Shown here piece by piece: positions 24,130 through 32,000 of a stretch of DNA of 32,000 bases. The stretch is from the sequence record OZ361284.1; one strand, written 5' to 3'. The notes beneath the pieces are model-generated. The model had not been told where the DNA came from. It saw nothing but the letters and a program-made list of their open reading frames with translations, and ran no database searches. The position numbers and the translations under genes were made by a program. Numbering within the stretch: position 1 is the stretch's first letter; every line of letters starts with the position of its first letter.

Positions 24130-25695
24130 ATGGTAATTGAAACACTAATATTCAAAGAAATAGGGTTACTACCCGAACTATTTTTAGGAATTTCCTTAAT
24201 TTATCTTACTCTACATGGAACTTTTCTATCTGTAAGTAAAAATTATCCTTTGCTACAAATTTCTAATTTGTATCTAAGTGTACTTGTTTTGTCAATGGTT
24301 TGTTTTCTTTTAATGAATGATGGTTTAGAAGTGTTAGATTCTTCCATTTTCAATAACACGGTTGTAACTGACTATTTAGGTTATTCTTCCAAACTTCTGT
24401 TAGGAGTCTCGTGTATTTTTTGTTTGTTAATCATTCAACGATATGTTGTAGATCAGAAACAGAATAATTTCGAATATATTTTGCTTTTTTTATTCGCAAT
24501 TTTAGGAATATTCTTACTTTGTTCTTCAAATGATTTGATCACTGCGTATTTAGCAATTGAACTGCAAAGTTTAGCTTTTTATGTATTAGCTGCTTTCAAA
24601 AAAAATTCAACTTTTTCAGCGGATGCTGGATTAAAATATTTCATTCTTGGAGCGTTTTCTTCAAGTCTATTTTTATTTGGTTCGTCTATTATCTATGGAG
24701 TTACGGGAACAACAAATTTTGAAGATTTTAAAGATTTATTTTTTGGGCTTTTTCCAGGAGGACAAATTCTATTAGGTTTTGATTTGAATAAAGAAAGTGT
24801 TCCTGTTCATTTTGAAATCCCATTTGACGCGAGTCTTTTAAATTTTGCGTTAGTCTTCATTTTGGCAAGCCTTTTTTTCAAATTGGCGCTAGCACCATTC
24901 CATTTATGGTCACCAGACGTGTATGAAGGATCACTTTCAAGCTCTACTTTTTTTTTTGCAGTAATACCAAAGCTAGGTATTTTCGTTTTGTTGCTTCGAA
25001 TTTTTTACTATAGTTTTTACAGTTTTATAGATAATTGGCGTTATTATGTAGTTATCATCTCTATTTTGAGTGTCATAGTAGGTTCGTTTGTAGGGCTGGA
25101 GCAGAGAAAATTAAAAAGTTTGTTAGTGTATAGTTCGATCAGTAACATGGGGTATTCACTGGTATCTTTTACAACAGGAACATTTGAAGGGATTCAAATG
25201 TTGCTTTGTTATTTGATAATTTATATATGTTCTGGTTTATGCATTTGGTCTATCTTCCTTTTAACCAGATTGAAAATAAGTTACATACAGAAACAAAATA
25301 AAGATCTAACTGATTTTGTTTTGGTGAGTAAATCTAACAAAACTCTTGCAATCTTTTTAGCTACAGTGTTACTTTCTGTTGCTGGATTTCCACCAATGAT
25401 AGGTTTTCTAGTAAAAATCGGAGTGTTTTTAGCTTCAATTGAATCATCAATGTATTTTATAGCATTAGTTAGTATTCTATGCAGTGTAATTTCCACATTT
25501 TATTATATTCGAATTGTAAAAATTATATTCTTTGAAAAAGTTTTAGTAGGAAAATTGTATTACCCAATTAAAACGCAGCGAGCTGTTATAGTTACTTTAT
25601 TGTTTTATCTTTTGCTTTTCTTATTTATAAATCCTACATTATTGTATTTAGTCTCTCAAAAGGTCAGCTTAGTTTCTGTAATAAATATTTTTTAG
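24130..25695 (+). CDS. nad2: NADH dehydrogenase subunit 2
   Basis: LAIELQSLAFYVLAAF...GLKYFILGAFSS...FKLALAPFHLWSPDVYEG is the Nad2/NuoN signature. This is the only standard gene here ending in TAG. Confidence 0.93.
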   Translation: MVIETLIFKEIGLLPELFLGISLIYLTLHGTFLSVSKNYPLLQISNLYLSVLVLSMVCFLLMNDGLEVLDSSIFNNTVVTDYLGYSSKLLLGVSCIFCLLIIQRYVVDQKQNNFEYILLFLFAILGIFLLCSSNDLITAYLAIELQSLAFYVLAAFKKNSTFSADAGLKYFILGAFSSSLFLFGSSIIYGVTGTTNFEDFKDLFFGLFPGGQILLGFDLNKESVPVHFEIPFDASLLNFALVFILASLFFKLALAPFHLWSPDVYEGSLSSSTFFFAVIPKLGIFVLLLRIFYYSFYSFIDNWRYYVVIISILSVIVGSFVGLEQRKLKSLLVYSSISNMGYSLVSFTTGTFEGIQMLLCYLIIYICSGLCIWSIFLLTRLKISYIQKQNKDLTDFVLVSKSNKTLAIFLATVLLSVAGFPPMIGFLVKIGVFLASIESSMYFIALVSILCSVISTFYYIRIVKIIFFEKVLVGKLYYPIKTQRAVIVTLLFYLLLFLFINPTLLYLVSQKVSLVSVINIF

Positions 25696-25838
25696 AAGTA
25701 GTATTCGAAGTAATTTTTTAAGTTTTAATTGCGCATCAAAATATTTGAGGTGTGATTGAAACCTTAGCGTATAATACTTTGTTATATTTCTTCAAATTTG
25801 TTTTAGGCGCTTTTTTAACTTTTTCGTAATTATAAATA

Positions 25839-25910
25839 GTCCTTATGGTCTAGGGGTTAGGACACCGCCCTTTCACGGCGATAGCACGGGTTCAAATCCC
25901 GTTAAGGATG
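25839..25910 (+). tRNA. trnE(UUC): tRNA-Glu (anticodon UUC)
   Basis: GTCCTTATGGTCTAGGGGTTAGGACACCGCCCTTTCACGGCGATAGCACGGGTTCAAATCCCGTTAAGGATG closely parallels bacterial tRNA-Glu. The anticodon loop is CTTTCAC. Confidence 0.9.
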
Positions 25911-25941
25911 AGCAATAACTTCACGTTTTCTCCTTCGCTTC

Positions 25942-26015
25942 GCATTTTTAGCTCAGTTGGATAGAGCAACAGCCTTCTAAGCTGATGGTCATAGGTTCGA
26001 ATCCTATAAAATGTC
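25942..26015 (+). tRNA. trnR(UCU): tRNA-Arg (anticodon UCU)
   Basis: Acceptor GCATTTT/AAAATGT, D arm GCTC-AGTTGGATA-GAGC, anticodon loop CTTCTAA, T arm ATAGG-TTCGAAT-CCTAT. Confidence 0.88.
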
Positions 26016-26045
26016 GATATTTTCAAATTCATTGTTAAAAATATT

Positions 26046-27518
26046 ATGTTAAGTATTAAAAATTTATTAGTATGCGTATTAATATTACCTTTAATCGGAG
26101 TATTTTTTTTGTTGATTATTTCGTCATCTAGTCTAGTCTTATTACGTTTGGTTGCTCTAAATGTGTCGTGTTTTACTTTTATACTCTCACTTGTTCTATG
26201 GATTTTTTTCAATAAATCTATGGGAACATTTCAATTTGTTAGTAAATTCTTGTGGGTACCTACCTTAAATTTAAATTTTGTATTGGGAATCGATGGAATT
26301 TCACTCTTTTTTGTTTTATTAACAACTTTGTTAATTCCTTTATGTCTTTTAGTAAGTTGGAAAAGTGTAAAAGTCAATTTAAAAGAGTTTCTTGTTGCTT
26401 TTTTAGTAATGGAATTTTTCTTAATTGGTGTTTTCTGTATTTTAGATTTGTTGCTCTTTTATATCTTTTTTGAAAGTGCCTTAATCCCAATGTATTTAAT
26501 TGTTGGAGTTTGGGGTTCCAGAGAAAGAAAGATTCGAGCTGCTTACTTTTTTTTTCTATACACTTTATTGGGGTCGGTTTTAATGTTATTGTCTCTTTTA
26601 TATATGTATTATCAAGCGGGTACAACTGATTATGAAGTATTAACAACTTTTTCATTTTCAGAGTGTGAGCAAAAGATTTTATGGTTGTCTTTTTTTGCTT
26701 CGTTTGCTACCAAAATTCCAATGATTCCTGTTCATTTATGGCTTCCCGAAGCGCATGTGGAAGCCCCTACCGCAGGGTCAGTAATTTTAGCAGGTGTGTT
26801 ATTGAAACTAGGTACATACGGTTTTGTTCGATTTTCTTTTCCGTTATTTGCAAAAGCATGCTTTTACTTTGCTCCGTTTGTATACTCACTTTCAGTAATT
26901 GGAATTGTTTACACTTCTTTTACTGCAATTCGTCAAACTGATTTTAAACGAATAATTGCTTATACTTCGGTAGCTCATATGAATTTAGTCATGATAGGGC
27001 TTTTTAGTTTTAACACTATAGGTATCGAAGGGGCAATATTACAGAGTTTAAGTCACGGTTTTGTAGCTAGTGCGCTTTTTTTATGTATTGGAGTTGTTTA
27101 TGACCGGCACCATACTCGTTTGGTCAAATATTATGGAGGATTAGTCCATACGATGCCGTTGTATGTTTTTATCTTACTATTTTTCACAATGTCTAATATA
27201 GGTTTACCCGGAACAGGAAGTTTTGTGGGTGAATTTTTAATTTTAACAGGTTCTTTCAAAGTAAATACAAGTATTACTTTCTTAAGTGCTACTGGGATGG
27301 TTATTGGTGCCTGTTATTCTTTATGGCTTTTTAATAGAATTTCTTACGGTAACTTAAAGACTCAATATTTTACTTATTACAATGATATTAGTAAAAGAGA
27401 ATTTTTTATTTTTTTTCCTTTGTTAATTGTAACGTTGGTAATGGGCCTGTATCCTGAAATTTTTCTGGAATCAATTCACATGAGTGTTAATATGTTAGTT
27501 GAGTTAATGTATTTTTAA
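26046..27518 (+). CDS. nad4: NADH dehydrogenase subunit 4
   Basis: FFESALIPMYLIVGVWG...LWLPEAHVEAPTAGSVILAGVLLKLGTYG...AYTSVAHMN is canonical Nad4. Confidence 0.95.
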   Translation: MLSIKNLLVCVLILPLIGVFFLLIISSSSLVLLRLVALNVSCFTFILSLVLWIFFNKSMGTFQFVSKFLWVPTLNLNFVLGIDGISLFFVLLTTLLIPLCLLVSWKSVKVNLKEFLVAFLVMEFFLIGVFCILDLLLFYIFFESALIPMYLIVGVWGSRERKIRAAYFFFLYTLLGSVLMLLSLLYMYYQAGTTDYEVLTTFSFSECEQKILWLSFFASFATKIPMIPVHLWLPEAHVEAPTAGSVILAGVLLKLGTYGFVRFSFPLFAKACFYFAPFVYSLSVIGIVYTSFTAIRQTDFKRIIAYTSVAHMNLVMIGLFSFNTIGIEGAILQSLSHGFVASALFLCIGVVYDRHHTRLVKYYGGLVHTMPLYVFILLFFTMSNIGLPGTGSFVGEFLILTGSFKVNTSITFLSATGMVIGACYSLWLFNRISYGNLKTQYFTYYNDISKREFFIFFPLLIVTLVMGLYPEIFLESIHMSVNMLVELMYF

Positions 27519-27565
27519 GGACTCGTTGATTTTGTGAAAAATATCTATGAAATTTTAATGTTTGT

Positions 27566-27916
27566 ATGATATATTTATTAGAAACTGAACTTCCTAAAAA
27601 TAAATCAATACTGTTTGCGCTGACAAGAGTGTACGGTATAGGTAAAAAGCAATCAGCTATAATTTGTAAAAAATTAGGGCTTTCAACAAATTGTAAAGTT
27701 ATTGAATTATCGCATGATCAAACTAATGAGCTTGTAAAATTATTTGAAAATTCAAATTTAGTATTAAGTAACGACTTAAAAAAGCTGCAGGTTTTATTTT
27801 TGAAAAAAATAATTAATATAAAAGCGTATAAAGGCCTTAGAAAGATATTGGGATTGCCAATTCGCGGTCAACGAACCCACACAAATGCGAAAACGGCGAG
27901 CCGTTTTCGACGATAA
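27566..27916 (+). CDS. rps13: ribosomal protein S13
   Basis: LTRVYGIGKKQS...KAYKGLRKILGLPIRGQRTHTNAKT is the S13 signature. Confidence 0.9.
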   Translation: MIYLLETELPKNKSILFALTRVYGIGKKQSAIICKKLGLSTNCKVIELSHDQTNELVKLFENSNLVLSNDLKKLQVLFLKKIINIKAYKGLRKILGLPIRGQRTHTNAKTASRFRR

Positions 27917-28292
27917 ATTTTTGAATACAATTTCAAAAATAAAAAGTAAAATTTTACTAAGCAACGGTGGCTTAAATCAAGTTATAAATAAACTTTTATG
28001 TTTGAAAATAATTTATGGATAACGACTAAAAGAACAGTGCAGTGCGATAAGGTCTCGCGACCAGGCACTAATAGTCTTTTGATTACGGGACACTTTACGG
28101 AAAAAATATTCCTATATTAACCCACGTGACGCCCCCAAGAGTCACCACAGATTCTATTGTTAATGTTCCATTAGTAAGTAGCGCAGATTCATCACTTGGG
28201 GTCAGGTCAAATCGCTATTATTCGCCCCAAGGGCTAGGTTAAATAGTTCTGATTCATCAATAGGGGTTGATGGATCAAACACGGGTGAAAAG

Positions 28293-28541
28293 GTGATTCA
28301 CGAAGTCCAGCCAAGGGTCACAGTAAGCCCTTTTGTGGATATACCACGAGTGACACCACCAAGGGTGACAGAAGGGTTAGAACCAATATCTTTTGATCCT
28401 TTGTCAATTGAGAAGGTAAAAATCGTATTTTTCTGCGTAAAGCTTAGTCGCGAAGAAATGGAAGATTGCTTCCGCTCAAGCGAATCAGCAACAAAAAGTT
28501 TTGCTAGACATAAAAAAACTAAGAAATCAAGAAAGCACTAG
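28293..28541 (+). CDS. doubtful ORF (82 aa, GTG start) inside the GC-richer insert; contains repeated PRVT motifs
   Basis: HEVQPRVTVSPFVDIPRVTPPRVTEG. Related motifs occur upstream in other frames (VTPPRVT at about 28125; SADSSLGV and SSDSSIGV). This suggests a decayed repeat-containing coding sequence rather than a functional gene. Confidence 0.15.
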   Translation: MIHEVQPRVTVSPFVDIPRVTPPRVTEGLEPISFDPLSIEKVKIVFFCVKLSREEMEDCFRSSESATKSFARHKKTKKSRKH

Positions 28542-28638
28542 TGAAACAGTAATTGAAACATATGGAACATCAACAATAGAAATGACTCTTCTTGATCATG
28601 CGCTAGACGGATTTGTCGAAATGGTAAATTCGTTTAGT

Positions 28639-28812
28639 TAATTAAAAAGCGTATAAAGGCCTTAAAAAGATATTGAGATTGCCAATTCGGGGGTCAAGGA
28701 ACTCACACAAATGCGAAAACGGCGATAAATTATTGAATTTAATTTCAAAAATAGATAATAAAGTTTTATTAAGCAAAAGTAGTGCAAAACAAGTTTGCTA
28801 ATAAAACGATTT
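28639..28812 (+). pseudogene. duplicated, decayed copy of the rps13 3' end plus its downstream flank
   Basis: AAAAGCGTATAAAGGCCTTAAAAAGATATTGAGATTGCCAATTCGGGGGTCAAGGAACTCACACAAATGCGAAAACGGCGATAAATTATTGAAT... matches 27812 to about 27995 at roughly 80-85 percent. It has a 1-nt insertion and a 12-nt deletion, so the S13 frame is broken. Confidence 0.85.
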
Positions 28813-29327
28813 TAATTTTAAAAATGTTAACCACAACTTTTGTTTGTATCAAAAAGAAAAATGAAATAGGCGAAGAATCACCATCACCGCCCTGCCTTTA
28901 TAGAAATCCAGACAGACAGGCTACAACTTCTCCATTGCCCGCTCATTCAGAGCTTTTAAGGGATTTACAGGCGCGCGAAGCAGCCGAATCTTCAAATCCA
29001 ACAGGGTATGCGAGTGAAAGTTACAAAACGCCAAAAAGAGGTTTTATAAATCACAAAATTGAAACCTCAGAATTGCAAATAAAGAAAATGTCTGTAGCTG
29101 ATAGTGATTTTGTAAGATCAAGTACGAGTACCGGAATAAAAATTGAGGGAGAGAAAGTCTTAATAAATAATATCAGCTTAACAATTGATTCAAAAAGTCC
29201 TAAAAAGACTTCAAGACAAATTATTACATCAAAAAATGATAGTGAAAATTGGTGGTCTACTGCTTTATCAGAAATAGCAGAAGAAGATTCAAACGTTAGT
29301 CTTGACTTTTTAGATTCAGACGAATAA
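28782..29327 (+). CDS. hypothetical ORF (181 aa from GTG; 167 aa from the ATG at 28824) with an acidic C-terminus
   Basis: Open frame whose 5' end lies inside the duplicated rps13 flank. It ends 5 nt before the cob-frame ORF. No family recognised. Confidence 0.3.
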   Translation: MQNKFANKTILILKMLTTTFVCIKKKNEIGEESPSPPCLYRNPDRQATTSPLPAHSELLRDLQAREAAESSNPTGYASESYKTPKRGFINHKIETSELQIKKMSVADSDFVRSSTSTGIKIEGEKVLINNISLTIDSKSPKKTSRQIITSKNDSENWWSTALSEIAEEDSNVSLDFLDSDE

Positions 29328-29509
29328 ATCATTTGTTAAAGTGTGAAGTTTTAGTTTTGAAAAAACTCATTAATCAAAAAAACTATAAGACGGTTCTTGG
29401 TTTGATCCCAAGGGTCGTCATTATGCAATCAAAAAATTTGTTACAAAGTAATGTTTTTGAAGGTTTTTCTAAACCCTTTTCGTCAAATGTTCTAGAAAGT
29501 TCTAGTTTT

Positions 29510-30685
29510 ATGGCTTCGTTCGTAACTAAAACAATTAGATGGAACAAAAATTATCTACTAGCATTTTTAGATAATCATTTGATTCATTACCCAACTCCTA
29601 TAAACTTAACTTATGCGTGGAGTTTTGGTTCGTCTGCAGGAATTTGTTTGGTTATCCAGATTCTTTCTGGTATTTTCTTAGCAATGCATTATACTCCTCA
29701 CATTGATTTAGCATTTAGCAGTGTTGAGCATATTATGAGAGATGTAAATAATGGATGGTTTATTCGCTATATTCATGCAAACGGCGCATCTATGTTTTTC
29801 ATTGTTGTTTACTGCCATATTTTTCGAGGCTTGTATTATGGTTCTTACATGCAACCAAGACAGTTGCTTTGGTGTTCCGGAATGATCATTTTCATTTTAA
29901 TGATGGGAACAGCTTTTATGGGATATGTACTGCCATGGGGCCAAATGAGTTTTTGGGGAGCGACCGTTATTACAAGTTTAGTAACAGCAGTCCCTGTTGC
30001 AGGCCAACCCATTGTCGATTGGCTATGGGGAGGATTTACAATAAACAATGCAACACTAAATAGGTTTTTCAGTCTACACTTTTTTTTACCATTTATAATT
30101 GCTGGTTTGACTGTCATTCATTTAGCGTTGTTACACAAGGATGGTTCAAACAACCCGTTAGGAGTTGATAGCGGTGTTGATAAAATACCATTTTATCCTT
30201 ATTTTTTCGTGAAAGACCTGTTTGCTTTTTTTTGTTTTTTACTTTTTTTTGGAACTTTCGTTTTTTATTTTCCCAACGCATTAGGACATCCTGATAATTA
30301 TATTCCTGCAGATCCTATGCAAACTCCAGCTCATATTGTACCTGAGTGGTATTTTTTACCATTTTACGCAATATTACGATCAATTCCAGATAAATTTGGT
30401 GGCGTAGCTGCTATGGGTGGGTCGTTATTAGTTCTGCTTTTGATTCCATTTACAAACACATCTGAAATCCGAAGCACCGCGTTTCGACCAATATTCAAAA
30501 TTTTCTATTGGTTAATCGTAGCTGATTTCTTAATTTTAGGTTGGATCGGTCAAAAACCTGTTAAAGATTTTTACGTTTTTGTAGGTCAGATCGCCACAGT
30601 TTTTTATTTTTTATTCTTTGTTTTTTTAATTCCATTGATTGGTATTATTGAAACACGATTAGTTCATTTGAACAACACAAAATAA
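29510..30685 (+). CDS. cob: apocytochrome b (likely start at the ATG at 29510; the frame is open from 29333, with another ATG at 29423)
   Basis: [19 protein letters not shown]...[12 protein letters not shown]...WGATVITSL...[16 protein letters not shown] is canonical Cob. Homology begins about 15 residues after M60 of the track ORF. Confidence 0.93.
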   Translation: MASFVTKTIRWNKNYLLAFLDNHLIHYPTPINLTYAWSFGSSAGICLVIQILSGIFLAMHYTPHIDLAFSSVEHIMRDVNNGWFIRYIHANGASMFFIVVYCHIFRGLYYGSYMQPRQLLWCSGMIIFILMMGTAFMGYVLPWGQMSFWGATVITSLVTAVPVAGQPIVDWLWGGFTINNATLNRFFSLHFFLPFIIAGLTVIHLALLHKDGSNNPLGVDSGVDKIPFYPYFFVKDLFAFFCFLLFFGTFVFYFPNALGHPDNYIPADPMQTPAHIVPEWYFLPFYAILRSIPDKFGGVAAMGGSLLVLLLIPFTNTSEIRSTAFRPIFKIFYWLIVADFLILGWIGQKPVKDFYVFVGQIATVFYFLFFVFLIPLIGIIETRLVHLNNTK

Positions 30686-30718
30686 TTGTCACATTGTTTT
30701 ATGTGATTAAAGTGATTG

Positions 30719-31489
30719 ATGTTATTGACTCCATTAGAACAATTCCAAATTATTTCTCTGTTTTCATTCAAACTGTTTTTTTTAGATTTTTCGTTTACAA
30801 ATCTAATCTTGATAAACGTTATAGTATTAATTTTTTTCAGTACGATTGTGTATTTTTCTAGTTCAGGTACTAATTATTTAGGTGAAACTAGTTTTTTCTT
30901 TGTGCCTAATAATTGGCAGATTCTACTTGAAACAACATATGATACTATTTCACAATTATTATTTGACAATATCCACATAGAAGGAGAAAAGTATTTTCCT
31001 TTTATATCCGTTTTATTTACATTTATTTTGTTTAGTAATCTAATTGGCTTAATTCCTTATAGTTTTACTATTACAAGTCATTTAATTGTAACGTTTACTT
31101 TATCATTATCCATTTTTATTGGTGTGAATATAATCTGTATAAAACGTTACAAAGCTCATATGCTGTCTTTGTTCATACCGGCCAATACTTCTTTCGGCTT
31201 AGCTTTATTATTAGTCCCAATTGAATTTGTTTCGTATATTTTTAAGCCTATTAGTTTAGGTGTTCGGCTTTTTGCGAATTTAATGGCAGGACATACTTTA
31301 TTGAAAGTAATTGTTGGATTTTCGTGGAGTATGTTATTATTAGAAGACTTATTAGCGGTTGTTCATGTTTTACCACTCCTTGTCTTAATTTTACTTATGG
31401 GATTGGAGCTTGGTGTATCGGTCATTCAAGCTTATGTTTTCACAATCCTGACTTGTATCTATTTAAATGACAGTATAAATCTTCATTAA
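30719..31489 (+). CDS. atp6: ATP synthase F0 subunit a
   Basis: SPLEQF-type N-terminus (TPLEQFQI) and LGVRLFANLMAGHTLLKV. The first ATG is at 30719; the track ORF starts at the TTG at 30716. Confidence 0.93.
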   Translation: MLLTPLEQFQIISLFSFKLFFLDFSFTNLILINVIVLIFFSTIVYFSSSGTNYLGETSFFFVPNNWQILLETTYDTISQLLFDNIHIEGEKYFPFISVLFTFILFSNLIGLIPYSFTITSHLIVTFTLSLSIFIGVNIICIKRYKAHMLSLFIPANTSFGLALLLVPIEFVSYIFKPISLGVRLFANLMAGHTLLKVIVGFSWSMLLLEDLLAVVHVLPLLVLILLMGLELGVSVIQAYVFTILTCIYLNDSINLH

Positions 31490-31529
31490 AAATGTTAATC
31501 TGCAATTCAAATTTCATAGGATCTCATTC

Positions 31530-32000
31530 ATGTTTATCAACATATATTTATCATCAAAAAATCATACATCTCTAAATACTTTTGTGCGTTTCTTTTTTAA
31601 AATCACTAGAACTAAGCAAATTGATGCTAGTGCCTTTTTGGTTCAGCATTCAAAACCCCGGTTAATTAAAAAGTTTAGTGTTTTAAAATCTCCTCATGTA
31701 AATAAAAAAGCGCAAGATCAATTTGAATTTCGTGTGTACAATAAGCAATTAAGTCTTTATTCGCTTCAAGGTTTAAAGCTCTTAAGGGTCTTAAAACAAA
31801 TTCAACATAAGTTGTTTGCGGATGTAAAAATTAAAATTGGATTTGTGTTTAATCATAGCAAATTTCAAAAAAAAGTACGGAAAAAATTTAACCCTAACAA
31901 AATCGTTTTAACAAAAAATCAAGCAAATGAATCATCTTCAAAGTTTCATCTTCAATTGCTAGACATGTATGGTGAATTTCATTTTAAAAACGACTGTAAA
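31530..32000 (+). CDS. rps10: ribosomal protein S10 (3' end beyond the window)
   Basis: My own translation from the ATG at 31530 is open to the window end. KKFSVLKSPHVNKKAQDQFEFRVY matches the S10 core FTVL.SPHVNK.ARDQYE.R.H. Confidence 0.8.
   Translation, partial: MFINIYLSSKNHTSLNTFVRFFFKITRTKQIDASAFLVQHSKPRLIKKFSVLKSPHVNKKAQDQFEFRVYNKQLSLYSLQGLKLLRVLKQIQHKLFADVKIKIGFVFNHSKFQKKVRKKFNPNKIVLTKNQANESSSKFHLQLLDMYGEFHFKNDCK

Noticed and set aside
26252-30117. Alternative-frame and antisense ORFs inside nad4, cob and orf181: 26252-26473, 26374-26655, 26681-26941, 29051-29332, 29755-30063 and 29845-30117.
   Set aside because: They are embedded in canonical genes whose own frames carry the conserved motifs, so they are shadow ORFs.

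Overview
This window is a mitochondrial genome segment of algal or protist type. It has bacterial-like rRNAs, nad7, nad9, rps10, rps13 and rps14. All conserved genes read through under the standard code, with no TGA needed for Trp. I cannot name the species from sequence alone.

Genes from 1 to 6982 lie on the minus strand: cox1 with two group II introns, rps14, nad9, a small ORF, nad7, trnI and orf97. Genes from 8731 to 32000 lie on the plus strand: cox2, trnS, a chimeric orf136, nad3, trnM-type(CAU), trnH, rrnL split by three group II introns, rrnS, a second trn(CAU), a cox3-like ORF cluster, nad6, nad2, trnE, trnR, nad4, rps13, a duplicated rps13 3' end with a GC-richer insert, orf181, cob, atp6 and partial rps10.

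The two blocks are separated by a roughly 1.7 kb non-coding region (7012-8696). It holds about 3.7 copies of a 329-403 bp tandem unit. Each unit carries a nested 24 bp mini-repeat with copy numbers 1, 4, 3 and 1, and the whole array is bracketed by a roughly 105 bp imperfect inverted repeat.

I found no defence-type or otherwise clearly novel multi-gene system. The most unusual content is:
- three ORFs built on duplicated fragments of standard genes (cox1 5' end, cox3-like N-terminus, rps13 3' flank) joined to unrecognisable GC-richer sequence;
- a decay series among the rrnL intron reverse-transcriptase ORFs, next to an intact cox1 intron ORF;
- a 49-nt rrnL mini-exon carrying the A-loop;
- a recurrent TATAAATG start context;
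- tRNA-like elements directly upstream of two ORFs.
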